DNA of 64,000 bases. Source: Yuukianura sp. NJ FZ-2021 (lineage: Eukaryota). A program made the position numbers and the translations under genes. The notes below the pieces were generated by a model, which was not told the DNA's origin, made no database searches, and saw only the letters and a list, made by a program, of their open reading frames with translations. The stretch lies in NCBI GenBank assembly GCA_046563655.1, contig CM102285.1, forward strand, positions 3,472,001-3,536,000. Direction: 5' to 3'. Shown piece by piece: positions 53,043-64,000 of the stretch (position 1 is the first letter of the stretch; each line of letters starts with the position of its first letter).

Positions 53043-54148
53043 TCAAGTAGGCTCGTCTTCAGATTCCTCGGAATCAGTTGGAGGTAGGTCAATTGTATCT
53101 AAGAAATATATTCGATCAAGTACGTAAAGCATGTTGTGGACATTATTGAGTTGAACTTGAGCGAACTCACCCTTCGCTTTGAGTTGCTCTGCTCTGATAC
53201 GTTCGAGCGTTTCTTCTTGAGCAGTAACTACTTCGTCTGAGCTATTACACTTAGAGTATACGTCCAGAAAGTCCTCGTTTAGCGTCAGAAATGTTTTGCC
53301 CCACTTGAACTTGCTCAAATAAGACTCTGCTAATTCAGGCAATCCTAAAATCAAACAATTCAGTTAAATTAACAAAAGTGGCATCACGAGAGCTTACAGA
53401 AACCAGGCCAGGGTTACCACAAATTTGCATGGCGGCAGCAATGGCTTCAACGCATGACAGTTTATATGGCTTTCCAAAGTTGATTGGATTTGCAGCAACG
53501 AGAAACGGAAGGAGACGTCCATGCTTTGGTTTATGCTTCAATATTTGACCTTTGCCTTCTGGAATTTTGGCCCATGAGCAATCAATAACAGCAATTCCGC
53601 CCGCCGACAAAATTTCACTGTCACCTCTACACAACACCTGAAACAAATGTTGAAACAAACGAATACTTAAACCTCCGCTGCTAAAATCGCTGATTACTAA
53701 CTATACAAATGCTGCCACCTCTTTCGCCAGCGGGTCAAGAACAATCCCTCCGAACTTTTCTGCTGGCCTGAGAATTTCAGCCAATCCAAACCTAACCAAC
53801 TTCCTTCCCGTGCACTTTTTCGGGTCGCATTGCTCGAGGTCCCACATGCCCACCGAAAAAGGCACTTCTGCAAGAATGTGACGAATAGTAAGAATTATTA
53901 CGTTCTAGTAACATATAAAACTTATTTGTCAAGTAATTTAGGCAACCTGTTTTATGTCCCCAACTACCATCTTCGTTTGATCCCGATTCTTCTGGCTCTG
54001 ATTCTGATTCCGATGAGTCGTGGAGATCCGTGGACTTCATTGCTTGACAACACTTACTGGAATCTTCCTCAAAGTATTCAGAATTCCCGGATCTTCGTCG
54101 TCCAGTGTCCTTTCTCTTGGAAGTTTGACGCTGACGGCTCTTAGGCAT
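53043..54148 (-). CDS. TSR3: 18S rRNA aminocarboxypropyltransferase TSR3 (multi-exon)
   Basis: [63 protein letters not shown], acidic tail [10 protein letters not shown]. Confidence 0.95.
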
Positions 54149-54515
54149 TCTGCAACCGGCAAATATACAGGTATACACGTAATCTTTTAGTCCATTATTA
54201 AATACGCACGTATTGAATATTGTGTAATGTTAAAATCGTATATAGTAGCTTAGGTACATACATGCCACTACACCGATGTTCTCCCCTTGCTCCGAATATC
54301 AGCTGATCTAACGCTGAAACAAAATCCTGCTAAATTACGTTTAAATTGAACGACGATTTTTACAAATTGTCTCTGGCAATTAGTAATGCTAAAGTTAGAG
54401 CTGATTTATGACTCAATTAAATCTGACTTCTCTATGCAATACTACAGGTTAGGTATAATAGCTTACGAAATTTAAGAAAACAACACGTCGCGTTTCCAAA
54501 AGCAGACAAAAGGAC

Positions 54516-55154
54516 GGTCGAAGTAAACTTTGAGGCAGTCCGTTGTACCCCCCAAATTGCATTGTATTGTACCCCCCCATTATAATCCGTGGCGGCAAAT
54601 TCAAAAAAACAACAAATCGCCCCCTCTACTGTTGATTTGTTCAGTTGCGCATAGATTTATGAACTGTACCCCCCGTCCTTAGTTAGGTTATGTTAACCTA
54701 ACCTAACCTAACCAACAATAGAGGGGGCGATTTGTTGTTTTTTTGAATTTGCCGCCACGGATTATAATGGGGGGGTACAATACAATGCAATTTGGGGGGT
54801 ACAACGGACTGCCTCAAAGTTTACTTCAACCGCGTTGTTGGTCGAAGTAAACTTTGAGGCAGTCCGTTGTACCCCCCAAATTGCATTGTATTGTACCCCC
54901 CCATTATAATCCGTGGCGGCAAATTCAAAAAAACAACAAATCGCCCCCTCTACTGTTGATTTGTTCAGTTGCGCATAGATTTATGAACTGTACCCCCCGT
55001 CCTTAGTTAGGTTATGTTAACCTAACCTAACCTAACCAACAATAGAGGGGGCGATTTGTTGCTTTTTTGAAATTGCCGCCACGGATTATAATGGGGGGTA
55101 CAATACAATGCAATTTGGGGGGTACAACGGACTGCCTCAAAGTTTACTTCAACC
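54516..55154. mobile_element. Head-to-tail dimer of a ~316-bp palindromic MITE (54516-54831 and 54840-55154)
   Basis: Each unit has ~110-bp TIRs (ggtcgaagtaaactttgaggcag... / ...ctcaaagtttacttcaacc). 8-bp spacer gcgttgtt. Outer flanks aaaaggac and aaaaagac. Confidence 0.93.
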
Positions 55155-55769
55155 AAAAAGACAGTTCTTCAAACTTGTAAATTGGAGCAAACTTGAAAAC
55201 TATTTGGGAGACACTAATCCCTTGAACCGTCGGATCTCAGCCCAGCGTTACCTAAAGATTTTTAAACAAAAAATTTAGTAAATAGATCCGACGCGAGGAC
55301 CATTTAACAAAATTTTTGAATCAAATTTTGTAACACTTCTCTTGCCAACTGACTCAATTTCATGACACTTATAAAAAGTAGCGGTGAAGTGAGTTAGATT
55401 TGTTCAAAAAGCATAACTCCTGATTTTAAGGGTACCATCTCGAGCTTTCCAACCATCTCGAGTTTTTCCAAATTTTACTGTTCTCATCGATAAAGAGATT
55501 TTAAACTTGAAGCATCAATTTAAAAAACTTGTTAATTATTATTACTAGTGCTGTAGACGCATAATTACTTCAAAAAAAAACTATACATTGGAAAATGGAA
55601 ATTGCAAATTCAATGTTTTTTGTTGTTGTTGTTTTTCGTTCAATTTCATGACTTTTGTCTAATAAAATCCCAAAAAACGAAAACCAGGTTTTTATTGAAA
55701 AAAAAAACAGTTGGTTTCTTTAAACTATGGTTTAAATCAATTGGTTTAAACCAGCCCACCCTGGCGAAA

Positions 55770-55860
55770 AATGTATATGGACTAGGTAACAAACAAAATG
55801 ATCCTGCGCACAGGAAGAGAGTTTCAATGGAACAGAGCGTTGAAGTTACTAATTTGACTA
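55770..55860 (+). pseudogene. Probable degraded fragment of a fourth terpene synthase copy
   Basis: tatggacta...gatcctgcgca...tttcaatggaacagagc is collinear with TPS copy 1 at ~57462-57557 (IFGL...ILRR...ISMEQS). Confidence 0.55.
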
Positions 55861-56434
55861 AAAGTCTTGAATATAATTCTTTATCCCATTTCAAAAAAAA
55901 AAAGTTGAAGTATTTGAGTTTTGCCCATTGTTGAGCAAAAAAAAAACTTGCGTAATTTGTTCGTGGGGAAGTTTTGTGGTCCACTCAAAATTTTATGGCC
56001 CATTTTTTTTCTAAAAGTATAACCTTTCTGTTATGTTGGTGCTCATCTCAATTTCAAAAGCATTTCGTTTTTTACATTGTAACTTGAGCATTTGTACATT
56101 TTGTGGGTTTAGTTCGAAGGATTTTGAAAGGAAATTGACGGAAATTCGTAAGAGAACGTAATGAGCACAGACATGCAAAAACTTGAACTTCTCATAAAAA
56201 ACATAGCCAAGAGTAAATCATCTGAGATAAATTAAAGCCTTGGAGTTTCCATGATGCCAAGAAGCAAGTACAGAAATCAAATTACATCACCAAAAACCTG
56301 TTTGGAATTTTTACACTGTGGGATTCCTATTTTGATTTAAAAATTTTTGATAAAAGGCCGGAATTTCGTCAGTAGTCGCTTCTTTTACAAAACCTGCCAC
56401 ACTGAGCAAAGAAAGATTGCTGTAAATTATCAAA

Positions 56435-57773
56435 ATGTTTTCAATTAGTGAGGACGAAGGGATTCGCTTTTGCTTGCCACAAATTAAATCTTCCGGGAAA
56501 TATAAAATCAGGTTCAACTTCGAAACAGTTGATCATCCAAGCTTCGGCACTTCAAAATATCTGCAAGGAGAAATACCTCTATTTCATTGCAAACAGTAAG
56601 AGTAACATCAATTAAATAAAAAAAAAATCTAATTCTGTGATTGATTCACAAATTAAAGATGTTAATGTCAAAAAAGCGGAGGATTTGAGTAAATATTTAA
56701 AAAAAAATGCTTGCATAATAACTCATTCGATGGAAATAAAGCTTGTTTTATGATTCCCCAGATCCTTGCCGATATCCAATTTTTTTGCTGTTGATAAAAC
56801 CGAGCAAGACAAATTAATACAAGATTCAATACAACTTTTGCGTCCAATTTTTGAAGATCTAGACGAAGATGACCTAAAAAAGGTTGTGATCGGATTCATT
56901 GTCGGTACGGGACTAACCTTCCCTCGGTTTGACGTGAGCTCCAGCACATTCGACATGGGATTACAGTTTATCGTTGGTGCCTTCTTCATTGACGACAAAT
57001 GGGATGAGAATGGAATTTCTGCTAACGACGGTTTTATGTGCCGTATGATTTGGCGCCAAATTTCTTCAGACAAAGACAAACGATACACGTTGGAAACCTA
57101 CGAACGCGTCGTTGAACACACGGAGGACTTTCATCCTGCACTCTACACACTATGTAAAGGAGTATCGGACAAGCTAAGGGAAAGGTTCCACAACAAGGAG
57201 AACGTTTCTTTGGGGTTAGCTCACCGACTATTTTATGCATTGGAAGGTGCAGAATTGATGCATTTTACTGAGGAAGGACCTCAGGCTTTAAGTGAGGAAA
57301 CGTTAGCATATGTACGAGGCCATGATTCCGGCGTCGAAGTACTGCTAGAATTCTACGTCGCATTTCAGGAAATTCACGTACACGAATTTATAAGGAACAC
57401 AGTCGTTTTCCAGCTGCTTGTTCAGAAAGTGCGGGAATTTGGTGCTCTATTGAATGACATATTTGGACTACCAAAAGATATGCAGATCGAGGGATATGAC
57501 AACAATGCGATCCTGCGCAGAATACTACGGGAGGGAATTTCAATGGAACAGAGCTTCCAAGATGCGCTGAATCGACTTTTAAATATGAGTACAGATTTGA
57601 ATGGTATAATCCAGCGCACTCGACAATCTTTTCCGGGGGAAAAAGATGTTGAAGCCTACATTGTGGCATGTATGGATATGTGTGATGGACAAATTTTGAA
57701 CTACTTGTTCTCTTCCAAGTTCAAAGGAGCTCGATATCCGTCCTTGAAGATTCAACTCGTCGAAATGGATTAG
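56435..57773 (+). CDS. Microbial-type class I terpene synthase, copy 1 (exons 56435-56595 and 56762-57773)
   Basis: DDKWD (DDxxD), RGHDSG (pyrophosphate-sensor Arg region), LLNDIFGLPKD (NSE/DTE-type) and C-terminal RY, with spacing typical of a terpene cyclase alpha domain. GT-AG intron in phase 2. Confidence 0.88.
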
Positions 57774-58595
57774 TTCGATTTATTTCATTTTTTCCCGGCG
57801 TTATCTTACTAAGAAGGTCATAAGGGCTAAACCAAAAATGACTACTATACTTACGTGCTACAAAAAATAAGGGCTACTCCATACTCCAAACATACTCCAT
57901 ACTGGAGAAGGACCAATTGTAGAAAGAACTAAAACTAAACCCAACTTACGTTAAGTTTAATTATAGAAAGTTAGGTTTAATTAGACCAGGTTTATTTTAA
58001 ACTTGGCGTTATTTTATTCAAGCGTGGGCTAGGAATAAGAAAAAAGATATAATAAAATGTAATTAAAAATAAGTACCGGTAATGCAATAAAAAGAATAAG
58101 TTACTTCCAACAATACTGCTGGATATCGACTTTTTCATCCACGGGTGGATATCCAACGGACGAAATGGATGAATCCAACGAGGCGAAACTTTGTCCTCGT
58201 GGTTTGAATTACAATTTGTAATTGAATGCAATAAGATTAAGAAAATGAAAATACTGGGCATAAACGAAATATCGTTTTTTAAATAAAATTTACGTAGTTT
58301 ATTTATTTTATCGGCGAAAGAAACGCTTCTTTAGAAAATTTTATGGCCCATTTTGTGTTTTCCTAAAAGTTCCTACCGTTCTGTTCCTCACAATTTCAAA
58401 AACAACTCAATTTTTAAATTGTAACTATATAAGTTATACCGGAACATTTAAGTAATTTTATTGCTTTAGTTCTATGGAATTTTGAGAGGAAATTGACGGA
58501 AATTCCCAAAAGATAGACAACAACAAGAACCAGTAAACCTTGCTTGAGCTTCTCGTAAACAAAATAACAGGTACGAGTGAATGATCTGAAGATAA

Positions 58596-58878
58596 AATAA
58601 ACCGGTTGTAAACCGCGCATAACGAAATATCTCAAGCCAAAAAGACAGTTTTCCCCCGGGGGGGGGGGGAGTTGGGGTTGGGCTCCCCAACGGAGTAAAA
58701 GGTCACGGATCCGGATGATATTCAATAGTGAACAGGTCCGGGTCATGACATGGTGACTGGTGAAAACCCGGTTGAAATTGGTCCAGTAGTTTCTGAGATA
58801 ATAATTTCGGACAGAGGGACAGACAGACAGACAGACAGACATGAATCAGATTATTAAATAGCTTTCGCTATTTAATAA
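58596..58878 (-). mobile_element. Short DINE-1/HINE-like element inserted upstream of TPS copy 2
   Basis: Terminal hairpin ttattaaatagc-tttc-gctatttaataa, (GACA)n microsatellite, and stem-loop cggtt-gta-aaccg at the other end. It is absent from the paralogous upstream region (gataaattaaagccttggag at ~56226). Confidence 0.8.
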
Positions 58879-60368
58879 ATTAAAGCCTTGGAGTTTCCAT
58901 AATAAGAGTTAAACACTGAGAAGCAATTAGAGAAACCAAATACATGGATATTTTTGTTGTGGAATTCCTATTTTGATGTGCAAATTCTTTATAAAAACAC
59001 AATGGCTGTGTTTACGCACTTCTCACAAAGTATATTTCACTGAAGAAGGTAGGGTTGATACAGAACTAAATTTGTAAAATGTTTTCAATTAGTGAGGACG
59101 GAGCCTTTCACTTTTGTTTGCCAGACACTAAATCCTCTGGAAAATATAAAATTCGATTCAACTTCAAAACAGTTGATCATCCTATTTTCGGCACTTCAAA
59201 ATATCTACAAGGAGAAATACCTCTATTTCATTGCCAACGGTACGCGTAACATGGATTAAATAAATATATTTTAGTTTATTCTTCATTCATATTTTTGAAA
59301 TATATGTACTTAGTTGCTATTACCAAATTATATTGAAAGAAAACAGTTTGAGCAAATATTTAAAAAAAATATTTGCAGAACTACTAATACGATTAAGACA
59401 AACTTTGTTTTATGATTCTTCAGATCCTTGCCGATATCCAACTTTTTTGATGTTTGTAAAACCGAACAAGACAGATTGATACTCAATTCTGTGAAAAGTA
59501 TGCGTCCAATTCTGGAAGATCTAGACGAAGATGACCTTAATAACGTCGTTAGCGGATTCACTGTTTTCACAGCACTATGGTTTCCTCGGTTTGATGTGAA
59601 CTCCAGCATATTCGAAATTGGATCAGAGTTTATCATTGGTGGCTACTCCATTGATGACGTGACCAATGAGCAAGGGGTTCCCGCTAACTTGGGGTTTGTG
59701 TACCGTGTAATTTGGGGCGAAATTTGTTCAAGTAAAGACAAACAATACACATTGGACGTCTACGAACGCGTCCTTGCAAAATATGCCAAAGACTACCATC
59801 CCTCATTCCACGCCTTTGGTCGAGCAATATTTGACAATCTAAAGACTCAATTTGTTAAACCTGAGCATATTCGTATGGGGCTGGCTCACCGTCTATTCTG
59901 TTTAATGGAAGGAGCAGAGCTAATGGATTTTACTGGAGAAGGACCTCTCACTTTAAGTGAAGAAACGTTGGCTTCTGCCCGAGGTCATGATTCTGGAATT
60001 GAACTAATGCTAGAGTTCTATGTCGCACTTCAGGAGATTCATGTACACGAATTTATAAGAAACACCGTCCTGTTTCAGATGCTTGTACAAAAAGTGCGAG
60101 AGTTTGGTGGCCTATTGAATGATATATTTGGACTACCAAAGGATATGCAGATCGAAGGGTATGACAACAATGCGATTCTGCGCAGAATAGTTCGGGAAGG
60201 AATTTCATTGGAACAGAGTTTCCAAGATGCGCTGAATCGGTTGTTAAATATGTGTGCCGATTTAAATGTGCTAATTCAGCGCATGCGCCAAGCCTTTCCA
60301 GCGGAAAAAGATGTCGAAGCCTTCATCTTGGCCTGTATGGATGTTTCTGACGGACAAACTCTGAGCTA

Positions 60369-61279
60369 CCGCTAAACAGCAGAAAACATGGACAAGACTT
60401 TCGAATTTGTTTTTAGAGAAATGAAAAAAGTGGCACGTGATAAAAAGTTGAAGTAAGGCAAAGTTTCCAAAATGTTCCGGTTCACAGCTGTGTCTTGTTA
60501 TTACACAGGTTTCATCTTACAGTAATCACTTCCAGTGGTCACTGAAGAATCATCTGTGATCATTAAACACTTTTTGTTCTAACTGAAAGATCAGCACTGA
60601 TCACTGAAAAGTTTTTGCTGGTCACTGAAAGATCAGCACTGATCACTGAAAAGTTTTTGGTGGTCACTGAAAGATCAGCACTGATCACTGAAAAGTTTTT
60701 GCTGGTCACTGAAAGATCAGCACTGATCACTGAAAAGTTTTTGGTGGTCACTGAAAGATCAGCACTGATCACTGAAAGGTTTTGCAGGTCATCGAAAAAT
60801 TGGCATTCACGGGAAGGTTCTTGGTGGGTGCTGAGAAATCACCAGTAACCACTGGTAATTTCTCAGATTACTGAAAACATTGTAGTCACTGAATAATCAT
60901 CAATGACCATTGTCAATTTTTAGTGGTTACTCAATAATCGATAGTCAACATAGCCTAACCTAATTACTTTATTAATTTTGATTAATTATTTTTAATTGAT
61001 CCATTATTCATTAAAAAAATGTGAGTGGTCACTGAAAAATTTTCAGTGATCAGTGAAAAACGTCGGTTTGATTAATAGTTTGATAGTTGTGATTGTAAAA
61101 TTTACTTAATCGAAACCGTCTGATTTGTTAATTGTCGAGTGGAGGGAACAGAAGTGAGAGGTACAGGATAACTTTGCTCCTCAATTCAACCGTTGTTTAC
61201 TTTTGACTTTTCCAGGCGCCGAAAACTTTTTTGAAAGAAAGGCGCGAAAGTCTTGTCCATGTTTTCTGCTATATAGCGG
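60369..61279. mobile_element. 911-bp TA-targeting MITE inside TPS copy 2
   Basis: 35-bp TIR ccgctaaacagcagaaaacatggacaagactttcg / cgaaagtcttgtccatgttttctgctatatagcgg. TA duplicated at 60367-60368 and 61280-61281. Confidence 0.93.
60581..60782. repeat. 42-bp tandem repeat (~5 copies) inside the MITE
   Basis: Unit ggtcactgaaagatcagcactgatcactgaaaagtttttgSt. Confidence 0.92.
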
Positions 61280-62531
61280 TACTTGTTTTCCTCCAAGTTC
61301 AGAGGAGCTCGTTATCACTCATTGAAGGCTGAACTTGTCGAAACGGAATGATTCGGTTTAAACAAAAATTCTGGCGTTTGGTTTTCTAAAGTTGACTCAT
61401 CCAAGTATTTTCGGTTAGAGCGGAATTCTTTTGCAACAGAATTAAAAGGATAATTGAAAACAATACAAAATAAAAACCGATTATGAAATAAAAAGAATAA
61501 GCGAACTCAAGCAAAATTTGTGACGAATGATTTCCCATGAATAATAACAACCTTCGGCTTAATAGGTTTGATTTGTTGTGCTGTACGATAAGTGTAATTT
61601 TGTTTTAAAATTATTTAATTATGATTTGAGAAGATTGAACAAGATTATGATTTAAACCTGTGAGATCAATGCTCTTGATCTGTACGCTCTAATTTGGTAT
61701 TAAATCATAACATACAGCTTCGATTTGGATAAATTCCAAGGCTCATTTTCCTTGCGTATCATCGCATTTTGTTTAATTTTATTTTGCGTTTGCAGGAAAG
61801 CAAGGAGCTTCTGTCAACTAACGCCATCATCAAGACACAAATTTAACTTTAATTAAAATGAACTAAATTTAAATTAAATATGATTTATTTTATAGAATAA
61901 TTGTGATTTGCTTAACTATTCAGAATGTGTATCCAAAACTCAATTCCTATTCTAGCCTGAAAAAATAATCTTCTTGGTTTGAAGTTAAAAAAACCTTGAC
62001 GACGTTGTGTCATTCTATTTTGTCAATTTAAGTAATTTTTTTTTTATAGGAAACTGAATTTTTTGTAACGAAAAAAGATGCTGGTTGAGTGCTTTTTAAG
62101 GGTGCGCTAGGACTCTCAAAAGAATTTGATGAATAACTGTTTGCGTTTTGTATAATTCAACTTCTTTCTTTTTTTTGTCTTACTCGTGATTTCACGAGCA
62201 AGTCATATTGCATAAAAAACGAATAAATTACATTGTGTTAGATTTCTTATGAGAAAAAGTTGTTTAAATCCAAGCCGAAAACCTTCGACAAAGCAAAAAC
62301 ACAGAACGCTAAAGCAGTATGTTTACGTAGTACATTATATTGCTTTAGTTCCAGGGATTTTTGGAAGTAATTGACGCAAATTCCCGAAGGATAGACGACG
62401 TAAACCTGTTCCGCTGGGAAATCCTCTCATGTAGCAAATTGTTTATAAATTCTTGCACTTGTACCTTGTAAATTTAGTAAATTTACTTCTACTGCACAGT
62501 CACATTCGTAAGAAATCACCAGTGATAAAAA

Positions 62532-63819
62532 ATGGTTACAATTCAAGAGGATGGAGCATTTCGTTTGCATCTGCCTACTACTAAACATTCCGGGAAATTT
62601 AAAATCAAGTTCAGTTTTGAACCGTTTGATCATCCCCGTTTCGGAACTTCAAAAGTCCTGTCGGGAGAGATCCCATTACTTCATTCACAAAAGTAAGTCG
62701 TTTTTAACACTCGTTTCTTTTTCAAACACATTATTGAAGCATTTCTAGATACACAAAATGAGAATTCACAAATTTCAGTGAAATTGAATAAACCTTAAAT
62801 CTTTCAGGTCTTTGCCGATTTCAAATTTCTTCGATCTGCCCCAAACCGATCAGGAGAAAGTTATACTTGATTCAGCAAAACGTCTGCGGTCACTTACGGA
62901 AGAACTGGATGAAGATGACATCAAAAAAGTCAGCACCGGATATGTCGCTTTTACAACACTTTGTTACCCACGCCTGGATGTAAAGACCGCTAAATTCGAA
63001 GTTGGATGTGACGCTATGAGCACAGCGTTCTACATGGACGACATGTACGAGGAGCGATATTCCCAAGAATTCAGCTACTTGTACCGTACCTTGTGGGGAG
63101 GAATTATGGCCAGTGACGAAAAACAATTTACAATGGAGGTTTTCGACAGGCTATTTGCCAAATTTCTCAATGAATTTCATCCGCCTCTGTACTCGTTACT
63201 TCACTCAGTTGCGGAATATGCGAAGGTCGAAAAGGCAATCGAAGATAGCGCCTTGTTGAGACTGGCGTACTTGTTCATTAATGCGGTAGAGGGAGCAGGG
63301 ATGTGCGAATTCAAGGCAGAGGAACCTTTGACTTTGAGTGAAGACACTTTGCCGGCTGTGCGAGGTCATGACTCTGGTCTAGAACTTATGCTAGAATTCT
63401 ACGTCGAACTACAAGGGATAAAAGTACATGAATTTATTAGGAAGACAGTTCTATTCCAGTTTCTCAGTCAGAAAGCCCGTGAGTTTGGAGCCCTTTTGAA
63501 TGACATCTTGGGACTGCCGAAGGATATGGACCAAGAAGGACTTGGCAACAATGTCATTTTGCGCAGAGTAGTCCGAGAGGGAATTTCTGTTGAACAAAGC
63601 TTCCAGGATGAACTCGACCGAATTCAAAAATTAAGAGCGGATTTGGAAGTGTTGATCGAGCGCATGCGCCAAGCATTTCCGGCTGAAAAGGAAGTTGAAG
63701 CCTACGTCCTATCCTGTATGGACATGTGTGATGGACAAGTCCTGAGCTACGTCTTTACTTCGATGTTCAAAGGGCTACGCTATAGACCCATGACTATTCA
63801 ACTCCTAGCAGTAGATTAA
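62532..63819 (+). CDS. Microbial-type class I terpene synthase, copy 3 (exons 62532-62692 and 62808-63819)
   Basis: DDMYE (DDxxE), RGHDSG, LLNDILGLPKD, LRY. Same 161-nt first exon and intron phase as copies 1 and 2. Confidence 0.88.
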
Positions 63820-64000
63820 GTTCAACAAATGAAAATGTATTGATCTTATTCCTATTTTCCCAATCTAAAAGAGTGTTTGGAATAAACTGTTGCAATTGCA
63901 AACGCGCTATGTAAGTAGTGATACGGGCACTAAGGCTTGTTAGGATGGCATTACATATACAAAGCGGTATGCAGTAAAAGCAGTAAGTGAAAGGTCAAGG

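Larger units (their letters stand above)
59079..61351 (+). pseudogene. Terpene synthase copy 2, interrupted by a MITE
   Basis: Exons 59079-59239 and 59424-60368, then the insertion, then the missing tail YLFSSKFRGARYHSLKAELVETE* at 61280-61351. DDVTN in place of DDxxD. Confidence 0.88.

Noticed and set aside
58414-58842. ORFs starting MSVCLSVCPSVR (also at 15708 and 16399)
   Set aside because: Translations of the (GTCT)n microsatellite of HINE/DINE-like elements.
60563-60848. Repetitive ORFs (ISADLSVT... / VTERSALIT...)
   Set aside because: Artefacts of the 42-bp tandem repeat inside a MITE.
56435-63819. Bacterial or fungal contamination as the source of the terpene synthases
   Set aside because: Conserved spliceosomal introns, host-type MITE/HINE insertions, similar base composition and contiguity with TSR3, PRMT7 and RFC1.
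2074-63819. A single terpene biosynthetic gene cluster including the P450, the IR and the beta-barrel gene
   Set aside because: These genes are 12-54 kb from the synthases and separated by housekeeping genes, and the P450 is dead. No prenyltransferase is seen. Partner genes could lie beyond the right edge of the window.

Overview
AT-rich, intron-containing animal DNA, almost certainly from an arthropod. TTAGG tracts, a divergent ionotropic receptor, ninjurin and arthropod-type CUB-proteases support this; a springtail-like soil hexapod is my inference. Conserved housekeeping genes (GTP-type PEPCK with a putative mitochondrial leader, RFC1, PRMT7, TSR3) are interleaved with lineage-specific and microbial-type genes. 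The main hit is a tandem cluster of microbial-type class I terpene synthases at ~55.8-63.8 kb. It has two intact copies, one copy split by a TA-targeting MITE just before the RY motif, and a probable fourth relic. The three main copies each carry the same spliceosomal intron and a conserved ~54-aa N-terminal extension. Other points of interest: an intron-containing secreted PHB-depolymerase-like gene; a ninjurin gene with two alternative terminal exons nested antisense in an intron of a CUB-serine protease; a divergent DXO/Rai1-like gene with a probable premature stop; a CYP pseudogene; three tandem F-box genes; and many MITEs/HINEs with readable TIRs and TSDs, including a head-to-tail MITE dimer separated by a foreign 8-bp spacer. 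Exon structures were assembled by eye from splice signals and reading frame. All family calls come from motif recognition, not database searches.
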